From Takakia lepidozioides (Eukaryota; Plantae; Bryophyta), in the NCBI GenBank assembly GCA_030704615.1, contig CM060731.1, forward strand, positions 10,726,001 through 10,790,000: DNA of 64,000 nucleotides, read 5' to 3'. Shown here piece after piece: positions 51,254 through 64,000 of the stretch. The notes under the pieces are model-generated. The model was not told the origin of the DNA. It searched no databases and saw only the letters and a list, made by a program, of their open reading frames with translations. Every line of letters starts with the position of its first letter. Within the stretch, counting starts at the first letter, position 1. The translations under genes and the position numbers were made by a program.

Positions 51254-54200
51254 CACACCCTACCAACAGGGAGTCGATGTCCTCATCGACTTGTCCATTT
51301 TGTAGAAACGAATCCAAGTTGTGGCGTCCCACATCAAGGAGTTTGTTTCTGTACCATGGCGTCCCATGGCAAAGAACCAAACCCCACACTTGACTCTACT
51401 CTCCACTAGTTAGTTCGGCCGACTTCCTCCAAGTCCCGGCCAAGGGTGGAACCTCTCCAGCTCCTCCCAGTGCACTCTTCTTGGCCTACTTCAAGGCCAA
51501 GGAACGATCCTCCCCGAGGATCGAATCGCCTTACTGCAACAACATTGCTTGCGATCGCTCATGATGCCGCTTTTGGCATCACCTTGAGCAAGGGTTCACC
51601 TGGAACCCTCTTGACTAGGAAGATAACCTTGAACAACCGTACGCCCCAATCACTACAATTGGGTCCGCCTTGGAATGCTGGCCTGAGGTACGGGAACACG
51701 CCGAAGCCGCACTACGACTTCGTCCCGAGGCTACACGATTATAGTACGTGAACGGAACCACGTAGCTTCCGCGTTAGCCCGCACTACAAGGCAACCCCCT
51801 CGGTAGCGCAGTTATAGTACGCGCACGCGCCAGGTGCGCACTAGCACGTGAACTCCCAAAGAAGGCGCAAGTTTCCTTGCCCCTTGGATGGGAGTCACCC
51901 GATTTCGGCACTGCGCAAACACACGATTACCCAATTTACCTCTCCCACTTTTGTAAGCTAGCATGCATTCTACACACTAGCCAACCACACCATGCATCAC
52001 CATTCCAAACACAATAGGACGCACAATATTTGGAACCCATTTCCTTTATAACAAATTTTTGTACAATACAAGTTTTTGCAATCGGATTCCTGAGCTAGCT
52101 AAACCGGGCTAAGCATGCATTTCCTCCCCACGCTCCAAGGTTGATGTCCCCATCAACGCTTCTTCCGCTTTTGAGGTCGCCCTTCGAAAGCTGCAACCGC
52201 CTCGGATGCGTTTCCCATTTCTGAGGCACGCACCCAAGATGCCTCCACATGATGATAGCCCTTCCATTTGACGAGATACTCCGTTTCTCGGTTCCTTGAA
52301 CCTCCTCGACTTAAGTATTGCCTCCACCTCGTACAGGTTCATTTTCATGATCCAACAGCATAGGTGGCGGACGCAACACTTGATGCCGATTCGGACGCGC
52401 TTCATCTTTGAAGTAAGGCTTCAAAAGGGAGACATGGAATACTGGGTGCACCTTGCTGTTTGCCGGCAGCTCCAATTCATACACATCCTCATTCATAACC
52501 TTCCGAATGCGAAAGGGTCCCGCATACGGAGGTACGAACTTCGGACTCACTTCCGGAGGTAGTCGGAAATTCTTGATGTTCAACCAGACCTCTGTGCCTG
52601 CCTCAAACTTCACTTCCCTCCGCTTCCGATTCGCCTGCCTTTCATACCGTTTCCTAGCTTTGGCAATGTTGTACTTTGCGAGCTTCAACAAACGCTCGCG
52701 TTCTTCCAGTACCGCCGCTACTGCCGGTTCCTCAACGTCCTGGGCGGCCCAACTTGTCGGCACCAGAGGTGCTTTTCCATAGACCAACACGAAAGGGGAA
52801 ACTCCCGTTGCGGAGTGTTCTGTGTTATTATAACAGAACTCTGCCGCGTCTAAGTGTTCCATCCAGTCTGATTGGTCTGCCGACACGTAATTCCGCAAGA
52901 ATTGCTTCACTACGGAATTCACTCTTTCCGTTTGGCCGTCCGTCGTAGGTCGGAAGGCGGTGCTCATCTTCAGCCTCGTCCCCATCTTCTTCCAAAGTGC
53001 TCTCCAAATTTACTCGTAAACTTTGGATCGCGGTCCGAGACAATATCCTTCGGGACTCCATGATGCTTTAAGACGTGGGCGAAGTAAAGTCGCCCTGTCT
53101 CCTGCGCCGTTGCCGTCTTGGTGGGGATGAAATGGCCCATTTTACTGAACCTATCCACCACCACCATGATTGCAGAATCCTTTTGACAGCGGCATAGCAG
53201 TCATGAAATCCATCGAGACGCTTTCCCAAGTCCCCTCTGGAATCGGCAAGGGTTGTAACAGCCCCGCTTGCTTTTTGTACTCGCTCCGGTTTTGTTGGCA
53301 TGTGGTGCATGTCTTGACATACTCCTCTTCCTCCCTCAGTTTGGGCCAGAAATACTCTTTCTTCAAGAGTGCCGCAGTGCGCTTGGCTCCACCGTGGCCC
53401 GCAAGCGGGCTATCATGGCATTCTCTCAAGAGACTATCCTGATCCCTCCCTTCGGCACGTAGAGACGCTTTTTGCTTATACCGGAGCAGTCCATTTTGCA
53501 AGTGGAACTGCGATTTAACCCCCATCCTCAAGTCCTGCATCACGGACTTCGCCAGCTCATCCTTCCGGCAAGCCTTCCGGATCTTCCTTTGGAGTGCCGT
53601 CTCGCCCTTGTACACCAACAAGAGCTGCTGCTTTCTACTTAAAGCATCGGCCACCACATTGTCCCGTCCCGGTTTGTACTGGATATCCACGTCGAACACT
53701 GCCAAAGTATCTTGCCACCTAAGTTGTTTTGGGGACAACTTGGGCTGCGTGGCAAAATACTTCACCGTGACATTGTCCGTGAACACCTTCACTGGGTTGG
53801 AACCAACATAGTGGCGCCAAGCTCAAGGCAATGCACCACCGCCTTCATCTTTTTTCGTGCGTCGGCCACCGTCGCTCCACTTCATTCAGTTTCTTACTTT
53901 CGTAAGCCACTGGACGTCCATCTTGCATAAGTACACCCCCAATCGCGAAGTCCGATGCATCTGTATGAATCTCAAACGGACGATCGAACTCCGGGATTTT
54001 CAAGACTGGAGCTTCCGTCATCCGCTGCTTCAATTCAGCAAAAGCTTGGCCACAAAATGTGTTCCATACCCAGACTTTGGATTTACACAGAAGGTCCGAC
54101 AGCGGCCCCGCGATCTTGGCGAAATTTCTCACATACTTCCGGTAATAGGAGGCGAGTCCTAGGAAGGATCGCACTCCCGGGACCGAAGTCGGAGGCTCCC

Positions 54201-54584
54201 AGTCCAAGATCGCCCTCACCTTTCTGTCATCCATTTTGATCCCATCCTGTGTAATCACATGCCCCAAGAACTCCATTTTTGTGACCCCGAATTCGCACTT
54301 TGAAGCTTTGGCATACAGCTTCCCTTCTCGCAATTTTTGGAACACTTTTGAGGTGCTCCAGGTGCTCCTCCTTTGTTTTCGAGTACACCAAGATGTCGTC
54401 GATGTACACGATCACAAAGTCATCCAACCACTCCTGGAAAAGGCTGTTCATCAGCGTGCTAAAATGTCGCTGGTGCATTGGTGAGCCCAAAAGGCATCAC
54501 CAAGAACTCATATGAACCATACCTTGTCCTGCACGCGGTCTTCTCCTCATCTCCTTCCGCACCCGAGAGGAATTTGGTAGCCAG
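50585..54584 (-). mobile_element. Gypsy copy 2, 3' part (RT C-terminus, RNase H, integrase, chromodomain, 3' UTR, 3' LTR)
   Basis: ORFs 53845-54345, 53151-53792 and 52311-52985; LTR 50585-51253. Interrupted within RT by copy 3. Confidence 0.95.
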
Positions 54585-55308
54585 TGTCGCGGCCCTTTGC
54601 CTTGAGGGCAGGGGGTCGGGACACATCAGGGGCTGCCCCTGTGGTGGGGGCAGCGGCAGCGATAGGTATGGGGGGGCTGAGGCACCCTTGAGTGCCCAAG
54701 GCACCCAGGGAAGCGGAGGCGCTCACTAGGTGGAGCCCCGCACACCGGGTTGCGGTGGGGTGGCTCCACAAGGGTGGTGGTAGCTTAGTGGGACTTAGTG
54801 GGGGTGGCATAGGACTCACCATGGGGCGGAGACCTCGTGGTGGGAGTCGTGGGGAGTCTTGGGACTCATCACGGTCCATAGGGGCCGTGGTGAGTGGGCC
54901 AAGACTCACCGCGACTCACCACCGGGAATCGAGGGTTTTCGTGGTGGTTCGCCATAAAATGGCATGGCTGGTTGTGGAAACCCCCGCGGACAGCTACAGA
55001 AGTATATATAGGGAGTAGTAACCCCGAGAACGGTGCAAGCCCGTTGGTGACCAAAAACTAGTGAGTAAGCGTGCGAGCCGGAAAGCGACCAAAGAGTGGG
55101 GAGCTGTTCCGACTGCCATCTACCAAAGGGAATTCTCCTAGTCCCAAATAGGTGGAGGGTTTAGGAGGAAGCGAAGGGGGGACCGTTATGTCCCGGTGAG
55201 CAGCCGAAGCTCCAAGTTGGCCCGGCGGCCAGGTTGGGAGTCAGGCGCGCGCATCAAAGCGAGTAACTATGACTTGAAGGGGAGCTTACCGAAGTGAGGT
55301 GCGCGACA
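54585..55308 (+). repeat. 5' LTR of gypsy copy 3
   Basis: TGTCGCGG...GCGCGACA followed by the PBS. Confidence 0.96.
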
Positions 55309-55310
55309 TT

Positions 55311-55322
55311 TGGTATCAGAGC
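55311..55322 (+). promoter_or_regulatory. PBS (tRNA-iMet) of gypsy copy 3
   Basis: TGGTATCAGAGC. Confidence 0.93.
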
Positions 55323-55363
55323 TTAGAGTTCAGTACGCGATCGTCCTTGGGATTGGCCTCATC

Positions 55364-58300
55364 ATGGGGTCGGGCAAGCCGAAGCGAAGCGGAACGGCCC
55401 AAAAGATGATGATCCCGGTGAGCCCGATGGGGGCGACGTGTCACCGAGGCGGCCGTTTGAGGAAGCGATGATGTTTCCGAAAACGAGGCCGCTCAGGAGC
55501 GGGAGGAATCCGAGGAGTCGGAGCCCGAGGAATCCTTGAGAGCTCCGACAACCAAGAGATGCCTCCCATGCCGGCAGCCTTTTGGGAAGGGTTGTTGGCG
55601 CAGTTTGGCGGGACGTTGAAAGACGTGTTGAAGGCGGCTAATGCCACTTCCACTAAGGCAAAGTTTAAGGTGAAGCCTAAGGAACCCGGCACCTTCGAGG
55701 GCGTTCGAAACCGGAAGGCACTCAACACCTGGCTCCTGGAGCTAGAGCAGTACTTCCGGGCGGCCAAGTTGAGTGACGAGGATCGGGTGGAAGTGGCTCC
55801 CACCTATTGAGGGGCTATGCTCAACAATGGTGGCAGAAACGCCTTCACGACCGAGGCCAAAGCCCGGAAACCTTGAACTGGAGTGGGTTCAAGGAATTGA
55901 TGAAGAGACAGTTTGTGCCCCTCAACGCATCCTGGCTTGCCCGGACAAGATGAGGAATTTGAAGCAAACAGATGACATTCGGGGTATGTCCAGGCTTTCA
56001 ATGTGCTGTTGCTCGAAGTCGCGGACATGGCAGAACCAGAAATGGTCTTCAACTTTGTGGCGGACTGGCCCCCATGGGCTAGGCGGAAGTTGGAGGAGAA
56101 GCCCACCCAAGACTTTGAACGAGGCAATTGAGAGGCTGAATGTTTCTCGATGTCCCTAGGGTGAGAGACAAGGCCGTACGGAGCTGAACCACAAGAAGAC
56201 CCGGCGGGAAGGTGACTCCTCCCGACCGGAAAAGAAGTGGGATAGGCCACGCGGCGAAATGGCACGTGGAAATCGAAGGGAGGGCCTTCACACGTCAAGG
56301 CGGCACCCGGTGCTTCGAAAGGAAAAGCGGGTGGAGCGGCTTATGGCGGACAGAAGGCGACCTTTGATGGAGTGTGTTTCAATTGCGGGGAGCCCGGGCA
56401 CATGGCCAAGAAGTGCACGAAGCCCCGGCAATTGAACATGACTCGGGCGACCACGGAGCTGTCGGAAGATACCATCAGTCGCTTGGTGGAAGCGGTGGTC
56501 GCCAGGACTTGCAAGGTAGGCAACTATTCTTGTGAGTTGTATCAGGAAACTGGCGCCTTACGAAAAGGGAGTCAGTTATTGTTCGTGGATGGGATAATAT
56601 CCGGAACTAACGTGTCGTTGTTGGTGGACACAGGAGCGTCGCACTCCTTCATGATGCCGGTGGCGGCACGAAAGTTGGGACTCCCGACAAGTGACGTGGG
56701 GGCCTCTATTGAGGTGCGTCTGCCAAAGGAGAACCTCAGTTGGCGACAAGGTTGGCGTTTGATGTTCCTCTTCAACTGGGGAGTTGGGAGGGACGTGAGA
56801 ACTTCACTATCTGAGATCGATGGAGTGGATCTCATTTTGGGATGACCTTTTTGAGCAAATCCGGAGCGGTCATAGATGGCCGCAAGAGAGTAGTCACGCT
56901 GCCATGTGGGAATGGTGGCGAGGTTTTACGAGTGTCGGAAACGCCCAAATCCGTGGGAGGGCGAATAAACCTTCTGTCAGCAAAGGAGTGGGCCGTGGAG
57001 GAGGCACACGAGTCCCAGTTTTTGCTTTACATTAGAGAAGTGAAAGGAGAAGGCGATGGGGAGCCGAGCCCAGATTGGATCAAGGGGATTTTGGAGAAAT
57101 ACCAGGATGTGATGCCGGAGGATTTACCAAGCGGCTTGCCACCGCGAAGAGGAGTTGACCACAAGATTGAGGTGATACCGGGATCGGGACCGCCTGCCAA
57201 GGCGCCCTACCGGTTGAGCCACAGAGAGTTGGTCGAGCTGAAGACTCAGCTCAAGGATCTAATGTCAAAGGGGTACATCCGGCCGAGTAAGTCACCTTAC
57301 GGAGCCCCGGTGCTATTTGCAGACAAGAAGGATGGGACGCTGCGGATGTGTGTCGATTACAGGGCTCTGAATAAGGTGACTATCAAAAACCGGTACCCTT
57401 TGCCAAGGATCGACGACCTCTTCGATCGGTTGGCAGGAGCAAGTATTTCAGCCGGATCGACTTGCGCTCCGGCTATCAAAATTCGGGTGGCGAAGGAGAT
57501 GAGGAGAAGACCGCGTGCAGGACAAGGTATGGTTCATATGAGTTCTTGGTGATGCCTTTTGGGCTCACCAATGCACCAGCGACATTTAGCACGCTGATGA
57601 ACAGCCTTTTCCAGGAGTGGTTGGATGACTTTGTGATCGTGTACATCGACGACATCTTGGTGTACTCGAAAACAAAGGAGGAGCACCTGGAGCACCTCAA
57701 AAGGGTGTTCCAAAAATTGCGAGAAGGGAAGCTGTATGCCAAAGCTTCAAAGTGCGAATTCGGGGTCACAAAAGTGGAGTTCTTGGGGCATGTGATTACA
57801 CAGGATGGGATCAAAATGGATGACAGAAAGGTGAGGGCGATCTTGGACTGGGAGCCTCCGACTTCGGTCCCGGAGTGCGATCCTTCCTAGGACTCGCCTC
57901 CTATTACCGGAAAATGTGAGAAATTTCGCCAAGATCGCGGGGCCGCTGTCGGACCTTCTGTGTAAATCCAAAGTCTGGGTATGGAACACATTTTGTGGCC
58001 AAGCTTTTGCTGAATTGAAGCAGCGGATGACGGAAGCTCCAGTCTTGAAAATCCCGGAGTTCGATCGTCCGTTTGAGATTCATACAGATGCATCGGACTT
58101 CGCGATTGGGGGTGTACTTATGCAAGATGGACGTCCAGTGGCTTACGAAAGTAAGAAACTGAATGAAAGTGGAGCGACGGTGGCCGACGCACGAAAAAGA
58201 GATGAAGGCGGTGGTGCATTGCCTTGAACTCTGGCGCCACTATGTTGGTTCCAACCCAGTGAAGGTGTTCACGGACAATGTCACGTGAAGTATTTTGCCA

Positions 58301-59942
58301 CGCAGCCCAAGTTGTCCCCAAAACAACTTAGGTGGCAAGATACTTTGGCAGTGTTCGACGTGGATATCCAGTACAAACCGGGACGGGACAATGTGGTGGC
58401 CGATGCTTTAAGTAGAAAGCAGCAGCTCTTGTTGGTGTACAAGGGCGAGACGGCGCTCCAAAGGAAGATCCGGAAGGCTTGCCGGAAGGATGAGCTGGCA
58501 AAGTCGTGATGCAGGACTTGAGAATGGGGGTTAAATCGCAGTTCCACTTGCAAAACGGACTGCTCCGGTATAAGCAAAAACGTCTCTATGTGCCAAGGGA
58601 GGGATCAGGGATAGTCCTCTTGAGAGAATGCCATGATAGCCCGCTTGCGGGCCACGGTGGAGCCAAGCGCACTGCGGCACTCTTGAAGAAAGAGTATTTC
58701 TGGCCCAAACTGAGGGAGGAGGCAGAGGAGTATGTCAAGACATGCACCACATGCCAACAAAACCGGAGCGAGTACAAAAAGCAAGCGGGGCTGTTACAAC
58801 CCTTGCCGATTCCAGAGGGGACTTGGGAAAGTCTCGATGGATTTCATGACTGCTATGCCGCTGTCAAAAGGATTCGATGCAATCATGGTGGTGGTAGATA
58901 GGTTCAGTAAAATGGCCATTTCATCCCCACCAAGGAGACGGCAACGGCGCAGGAGACAGGGCGACTTTACTTCGCCCACGTCTTAAAGCATCATGGAGTC
59001 CCGAAGGATATTGTCTCGGACCGCGATCCAAAGTTTACGAGTAAATTCTGGAGAGCACTTTGGAAGAAGATGGGACGAGGCTGAAGATGAGCACCGCCTT
59101 CCGACCTACGACGGACGGCCAAACGGAAAGAGTGAATTCCGTAGTGAAGCAATTCTTGCGGAATTACGTGTCGGCAGACCAATCAGACTGGATGGAACAC
59201 TTAGACGCGGCAGAGTTCTGTTATAATAACACAGAACACTCCGCACGGGAGTTTCCCTTTTGTGTTGGTCTATGGAAAAGCACCTCTGGTGCCGACAAGT
59301 TGGGCCGCCCAGGACGTTGAGGAACCGGCAGTAGCGGCGGTACTGGAAGAACGCGAGCGTTTGTTGAAGCTCGCAAAGTACAACATTGCCAAAGCTAGGA
59401 AACGGTATGAAAGGCAGGCGAATCGGAAGCGGAGGGAAGTGAAGTTTGAGGCAGGCACAGAGGTCTGGTTGAACATCAAGAATTTTCGACTACCTCCGGA
59501 AGTGAGTCCGAAGTTCGTACCTCCGTATGCGGGTCCCTTTCGCATTCGGAGAGTTATGAATGAGGATGTGTATGAATTGGAGCTGCCGGCAAACAGCAAG
59601 GTGCACCCAGTATTCCATGTCTCCCTTTTGAAGCCTTACTTCAAAGATGAAGCACGTCCGAATCGGCAGCAAGTGTTGCGTCCGCCACCTATGCTGTTGG
59701 ATCATGAAAATGAACCTGAGTACGAGGTGGAGGCAATACTTAAGTCGAGGAGGTTCAAGAACCGAGAAACGGAGTATCTCGTCAAATGGAAGGGCTATCA
59801 TCTTGTGGAGGCATCTTGGGTGCGTGCCTCAGAAATGGGAAACGCATCCGAGGCAGTTGCAGCGTTCGAAGGGCGACCTCAAAAGCGGAAGAAAGTTGAT
59901 GGGGACATCAACCTTGGAGCGTGGGGGGAAATGCATGCTTAG
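55364..59942 (+). pseudogene. gag-pol of gypsy copy 3 with C-terminal chromodomain (frameshifted as assembled)
   Basis: CFNCGEPGHMAKKC, LVDTGASH, YIDD, TDAS, H..H..C..C, TDGQTERVN, GPF, YEVEAIL..YLVKWKGY. Confidence 0.92.
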
Positions 59943-60800
59943 CCCGGTTTAGCTAGCTCAGGAATCCGATTGCAAAAACTTGTATTGTACAAAAATTTGT
60001 TATAAAGGAAATGGGTTCCAAATATTGTGCGTCCTATTGTGTTTGGAATGGTGATGCATGGTGTGGTTGGCTAGTGTGTAGAATGCATGCTAGCTTACAA
60101 AGTGGGAGAGGTAAATTGGGTTAATCGTGTGTTTGCGCAGTGCCGAAATCGGGTGACTCCCATCCAAGGGGCAAGGAAACTTGCGCCTTATTTGGGAGTT
60201 CACGTGCTAGTGCGCACCTGGCGCGTGCGCGTACTATAACTGCGCTACCGAGGGGGTTGCCTTGTAGTGCGGGCTAACGGAAGCTACGTGGTTCCGTTCA
60301 CGTACTATAATCGTGTAGCCTCGGGACGAAGTCGTAGTGCGGCTTCGGCGTGTTCCCGTACCTCAGGCCAGCATTCCAAGGCGGACCCAATTGTAGTGAT
60401 TGGGGCGCACGGTTGGTTCAAGGTTATCTTCCTAGTCAAAGAGGGTTCCAGGTGAACCCTTGCTCAAGGTGATGCCAAAAGCGGCATCATGAGCGATCGC
60501 AAGCAATGTTGTTGCAGTAAGCGATTCGATCCTCGGGAGGATCGTTCCTTGGCCTTGAAGTAGGCCAAGAAGAGTGCACTGGGAGGAGCTGGAGAGGCTC
60601 CACCCTTGGCCGGGACTTGGAGGAAGTCGGCCGAACTAGCTAGTGGAGAGTAGAGTCAAGTGTGGGGTTTGGTTCTTTGCCATGGGACGCCATGGTACAG
60701 AAACAAACTCCTTGATGTGGGACGCCACAACTTGGATGTTCGTTTCTACAAAATGGACAAGTCGATGAGGACATCGACTCCCTGTTGGTAGGGGTGTGTG

Positions 60801-61524
60801 TGTCGCGGCCCTTTGCCTTGAGGGCAGGGGGTCGGGACACATCAGGGGCTGCCCCTGTGGTGGGGGCAGCGGCAGCGATAGGTATGGGGGGGCTGAGGCA
60901 CCCTTGAGTGCCCAAGGCACCCAGGAAGCGGAGGCGCTCACTAGGTGGAGCCCCGCACACCGGGTTGCGGTGGGGGTGGCTCCACAAGGGGTGGTGGTAG
61001 CTTAGTGGGACTTAGTGGGGGTGGCATAGGACTCACCATGGGGGCGGAGACCTCGTGGTGGGAGTCGTGGGGAGTCTTGGGACTCATCACGGTCCATAGG
61101 GGCCGTGGTGAGCGGGCCAAGACTCACCGCGACTCACCACCGGGAGTCGAGGGTTTTCGTGGTGGTTCGCCATAAAATGGCATGGCTGGTTGTGGAACCC
61201 CCGCGGACAGCTACAGAAGTATATATAGGGAGTAGTAACCCCGAGAACGGTGCAAGCCCGTTGGTGACCAAAAACTAGTGAGTAAGCGTGCGAGCCGGAA
61301 AGCGACCAAAGAGTGGGGAGCTGTTCCGGACTGCCATCTACCAAAGGGAATTCTCCTAGTCCCAAATAGGTGGAGGGTTTAGAGGAAGCGAAGGGGGGAC
61401 CGTTATGTCCCGGTGAGCAGCCGAAGCTCCAATTGGCCCGGGCGCCAGGTTTGGAGTCAGGCGCGCGCATCAAAGCGAGTAACTATGACTTGAAGAGGAG
61501 CTTACCGGAGTGAGGTGAGCGACA
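60801..61524 (+). repeat. 3' LTR of gypsy copy 3
   Basis: Near-identical to 54585-55308; preceded by the G-rich tract GGTAGGGGTGTGTG. Confidence 0.96.
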
Positions 61525-64000
61525 GCCAGAGGGCAAGTCGATCCGGCTGAAATACTTCGCTCATGCCAACGATCGAAGAGGTCGTCGATCCTGGGCAAAG
61601 GGTACCGGTTTTTATAGTCACCTTATTCAGAGCCTGTAAGCAAACACACATCCGCAAGCGTCCCATCCTTCGTGTCTGCAAATAGCACAGGGGCTCCGTA
61701 AGGTGAAGTACTCGGGCCGGATGTACCCCTTTGAATTAGATCCTTGAGCTGAGTCTTCAGCTCGACCAACTCTCTGTGGCTCAACCGGTAGGGCCCGCTG
61801 GCAGGCGTTCCGATCCCGGTATCACCTCAAACTTGTGGTCAACTCCTCTTCGCGTGGCAAGCCGCTTGGTAAATCCTCCGTCATCAAACCTGGTATTTCT
61901 CCAAAATCCCTTGATCCACTCTGGGCTCGGCTCCCCATCGCCTTCTCCCTTTACTTCTCTATGTAAAGCAAGAACTGGGGTTCGTGTGCCTCCTCACGCT
62001 CCACTCCCTTGCTGACAGAAGGTTTATTCGCCCTCCCACGGATTTGGAGTTTCCACACTGTAAGACCTCGCCACCATCCCCACATGGCAGCGTGACTACT
62101 CTCTTGCGGCCATCTATGACCGCTCCGGATTTGCTCCCAATGAGATCTATTCATCGATCTGGCAGATGGTGAAGTTTCTCACGTCCCTCCAACTCCCCAG
62201 TTGAAGAGGAAATCAAATCGCCAACCTTGTCGCCAACTGTGGTTTCCTTTGCAGAACGCACCTCAATAGAGGCCCCAGTCACTTGGTGGGAGTCCCAGCT
62301 TTTGTGCGTTGCCGGTGTCGGAAGGAGTGCGACGCTCCTGTGTCCACCAACAACGACACATTTTCCAGATTTATCCAATCCATGAACACTAACTGACTCC
62401 CTTTTCGTAAGGCGCCAGTTTCCTGATACAACTCACAAGAAAATTGCCTACATTGCAAGTCCTGGCGACCACCGCTTCCACCAAGCGACTGATGGTATCT
62501 TCCGAAGCTCCGTGGTCGCCCGAGTCATGTTCAATTGCCGGGGCTTCGTGCACTTCTTGGCCATGGCCCGGTCTCCCCGCAATTGAAACACACTCCATCA
62601 AAGGTCGCCTTCTGTCCGCCATAAGCCGCTCCACCCGCTTTTCTTTCGGAGCAACGAGTTGCCGCCTGACGTGTGAAGGCCCTCCCTTCGATTTCCACGT
62701 GCAATTATCGCCGCATGGCCTTTCCCACTTCTTTCCGGTCGGAATGAGTCACTTCCCGCCGATCTTCTTGTGGTCAGCTCCGTACGGCCGTGTCTTTCAC
62801 CCCTAGGGACATCCGAGAAACATTCAGCCCTCTCAATTGCCTCGTTCAAAGTCTTGGGTGGCTTCTTCCTCCGCCTGTCCCATGGGTCCAGTCCCCACAA
62901 AGTTGAAGACCCTTTCTTTCTGTTTCTGCCATGTCCGCGATTTCGAGCAACAGCACATTGAAAGCCTGGACGTACCCCTAATGTCATCTGTTTGCTTCAA
63001 ATTCCTCATCTTGTCCCGGCAAAGTAGCCAGGACGCGTTGAGGGGCACAAACTGTCTCTTCAACAATTCCTTGAACCCACCCATTTCAAGGTTTCCGGAC
63101 TTAGACCTCGTCGTGAAGGCGTTTCTTTCTGCCACCATTGTTGAGCATAGCCCTTAAATAGGTGGGAGCCACTTCCACGCGATCCTCGTCACTCAACCTT
63201 GGCCGCCCGGAAGTACTGCTCCAGCTCCAAGAGCCAGGTGTGAGTGCCTTCCGATTTCGGACGCCCTCGAAGGTGCCGGGTTCTTAGGCTTCACCTTAAA
63301 CTTTGCCTTAGTGGAAGTGGCATTAGCCCTTCAACACGTCCTTCAACGTCCCCCCAAACTGCGCCAACAACCCTTCCCAAAAGGCTGCCGGCATGGGAGG
63401 CATCTCTTGGTTTGTCGGAGCTCTCAAGGATCCTCGGGCTCCGACTCCTCGGATTCCTCCCGCTCTTGGGCGGCCTCGTTTTCGGAAACATGCATCGCTT
63501 CCTCAAACGGCCGCCTCGGTGACACGCCGCCCCCATCGAGCTCAACCGGGATCATCATCTTTTGGGCCGTTCCGCTTTCGCTTCGGCTTGCCCGACCCCA
63601 TGATGAGGCCAATCCCAAGGACGATCGCGTACTGAACTCTAAGCTCTGATACCAAGTGTCGCGCACCTCACTTCGGTAAACTCCCCTTCAAGTCATAGTT
63701 ACTCGCTTTGATGCCGCACCTGACTCCCAACCTGGCCGCCGGGCAACTTGGAGCTTCGGCTGCTCACCGGGACATAACGGTCCCCTTTCGCTTCCCTCTA
63801 AAACCCTCCACCTAATTGGGACTAGGAGAATTCCCTTTGGTAGATGGCAGTCCGGAATAGCTCCCCACTCTTTGGTCGCTTTCCGGCTCGCTCGCTTACT
63901 CACTAGTTTTTGGTCACCAACGGGCTTGCACCGTTCTCGGGGTTACTACTCCCTATATATACTTCTGTAGCTGTCCGCGGGGGTTTCACAACCAGCCATG
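61525..64000 (-). mobile_element. Gypsy copy 2, 5' part (5' LTR from 63657 running off the window, PBS, gag, PR, RT N-terminus)
   Basis: PBS at ~63643-63654. RT stops at the YFSRIDL-SG motif exactly at the TSD and resumes at 54584. Confidence 0.94.

Larger units (their letters stand above)
54585..61524 (+). mobile_element. Gypsy copy 3, complete chromovirus (6.94 kb), TSD GCCAG
   Basis: Two 724-bp LTRs, PBS, gag-PR-RT-RH-INT-chromodomain; GCCAG at 54580-54584 and 61525-61529. Confidence 0.97.

Overview
Eukaryotic nuclear DNA from a land plant. A non-seed plant such as a bryophyte is plausible, but that is inference. The window is a transposon-rich accessory region. Mobile elements: three copies of one Ty3/gypsy chromovirus family (one complete copy nested antisense inside another, 5-bp TSD GCCAG); a split or inverted Ty1/copia element whose PBS matches the tRNA-iMet anticodon arm; a decayed PIF/Harbinger transposase abutting a 3.3-kb array of 191/179-bp repeats; several LINEs (one near-full-length APE-RT-CCHC element with a (CATTT)n tail, a ~43-bp copy of its 3' tip, L1-like remnants); a hAT-like MITE; a probable small Helitron. 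Host genes: a cluster of DUF674 genes and fragments arranged as an inverted pair of tandem copies, two exons of a short-chain dehydrogenase, a ~30-LRR receptor-like protein with island domain, and an intact two-exon TPK K+ channel. Many frameshifts are single-base indels, often in homopolymers, so some pseudogene calls may be assembly error. No rRNA, tRNA or CRISPR array was found. No new system is proven; the best leads are the Harbinger-linked array with exon/intron-like units, the DUF674 palindrome with a hypervariable Cys loop, and an apparent LINE target preference.
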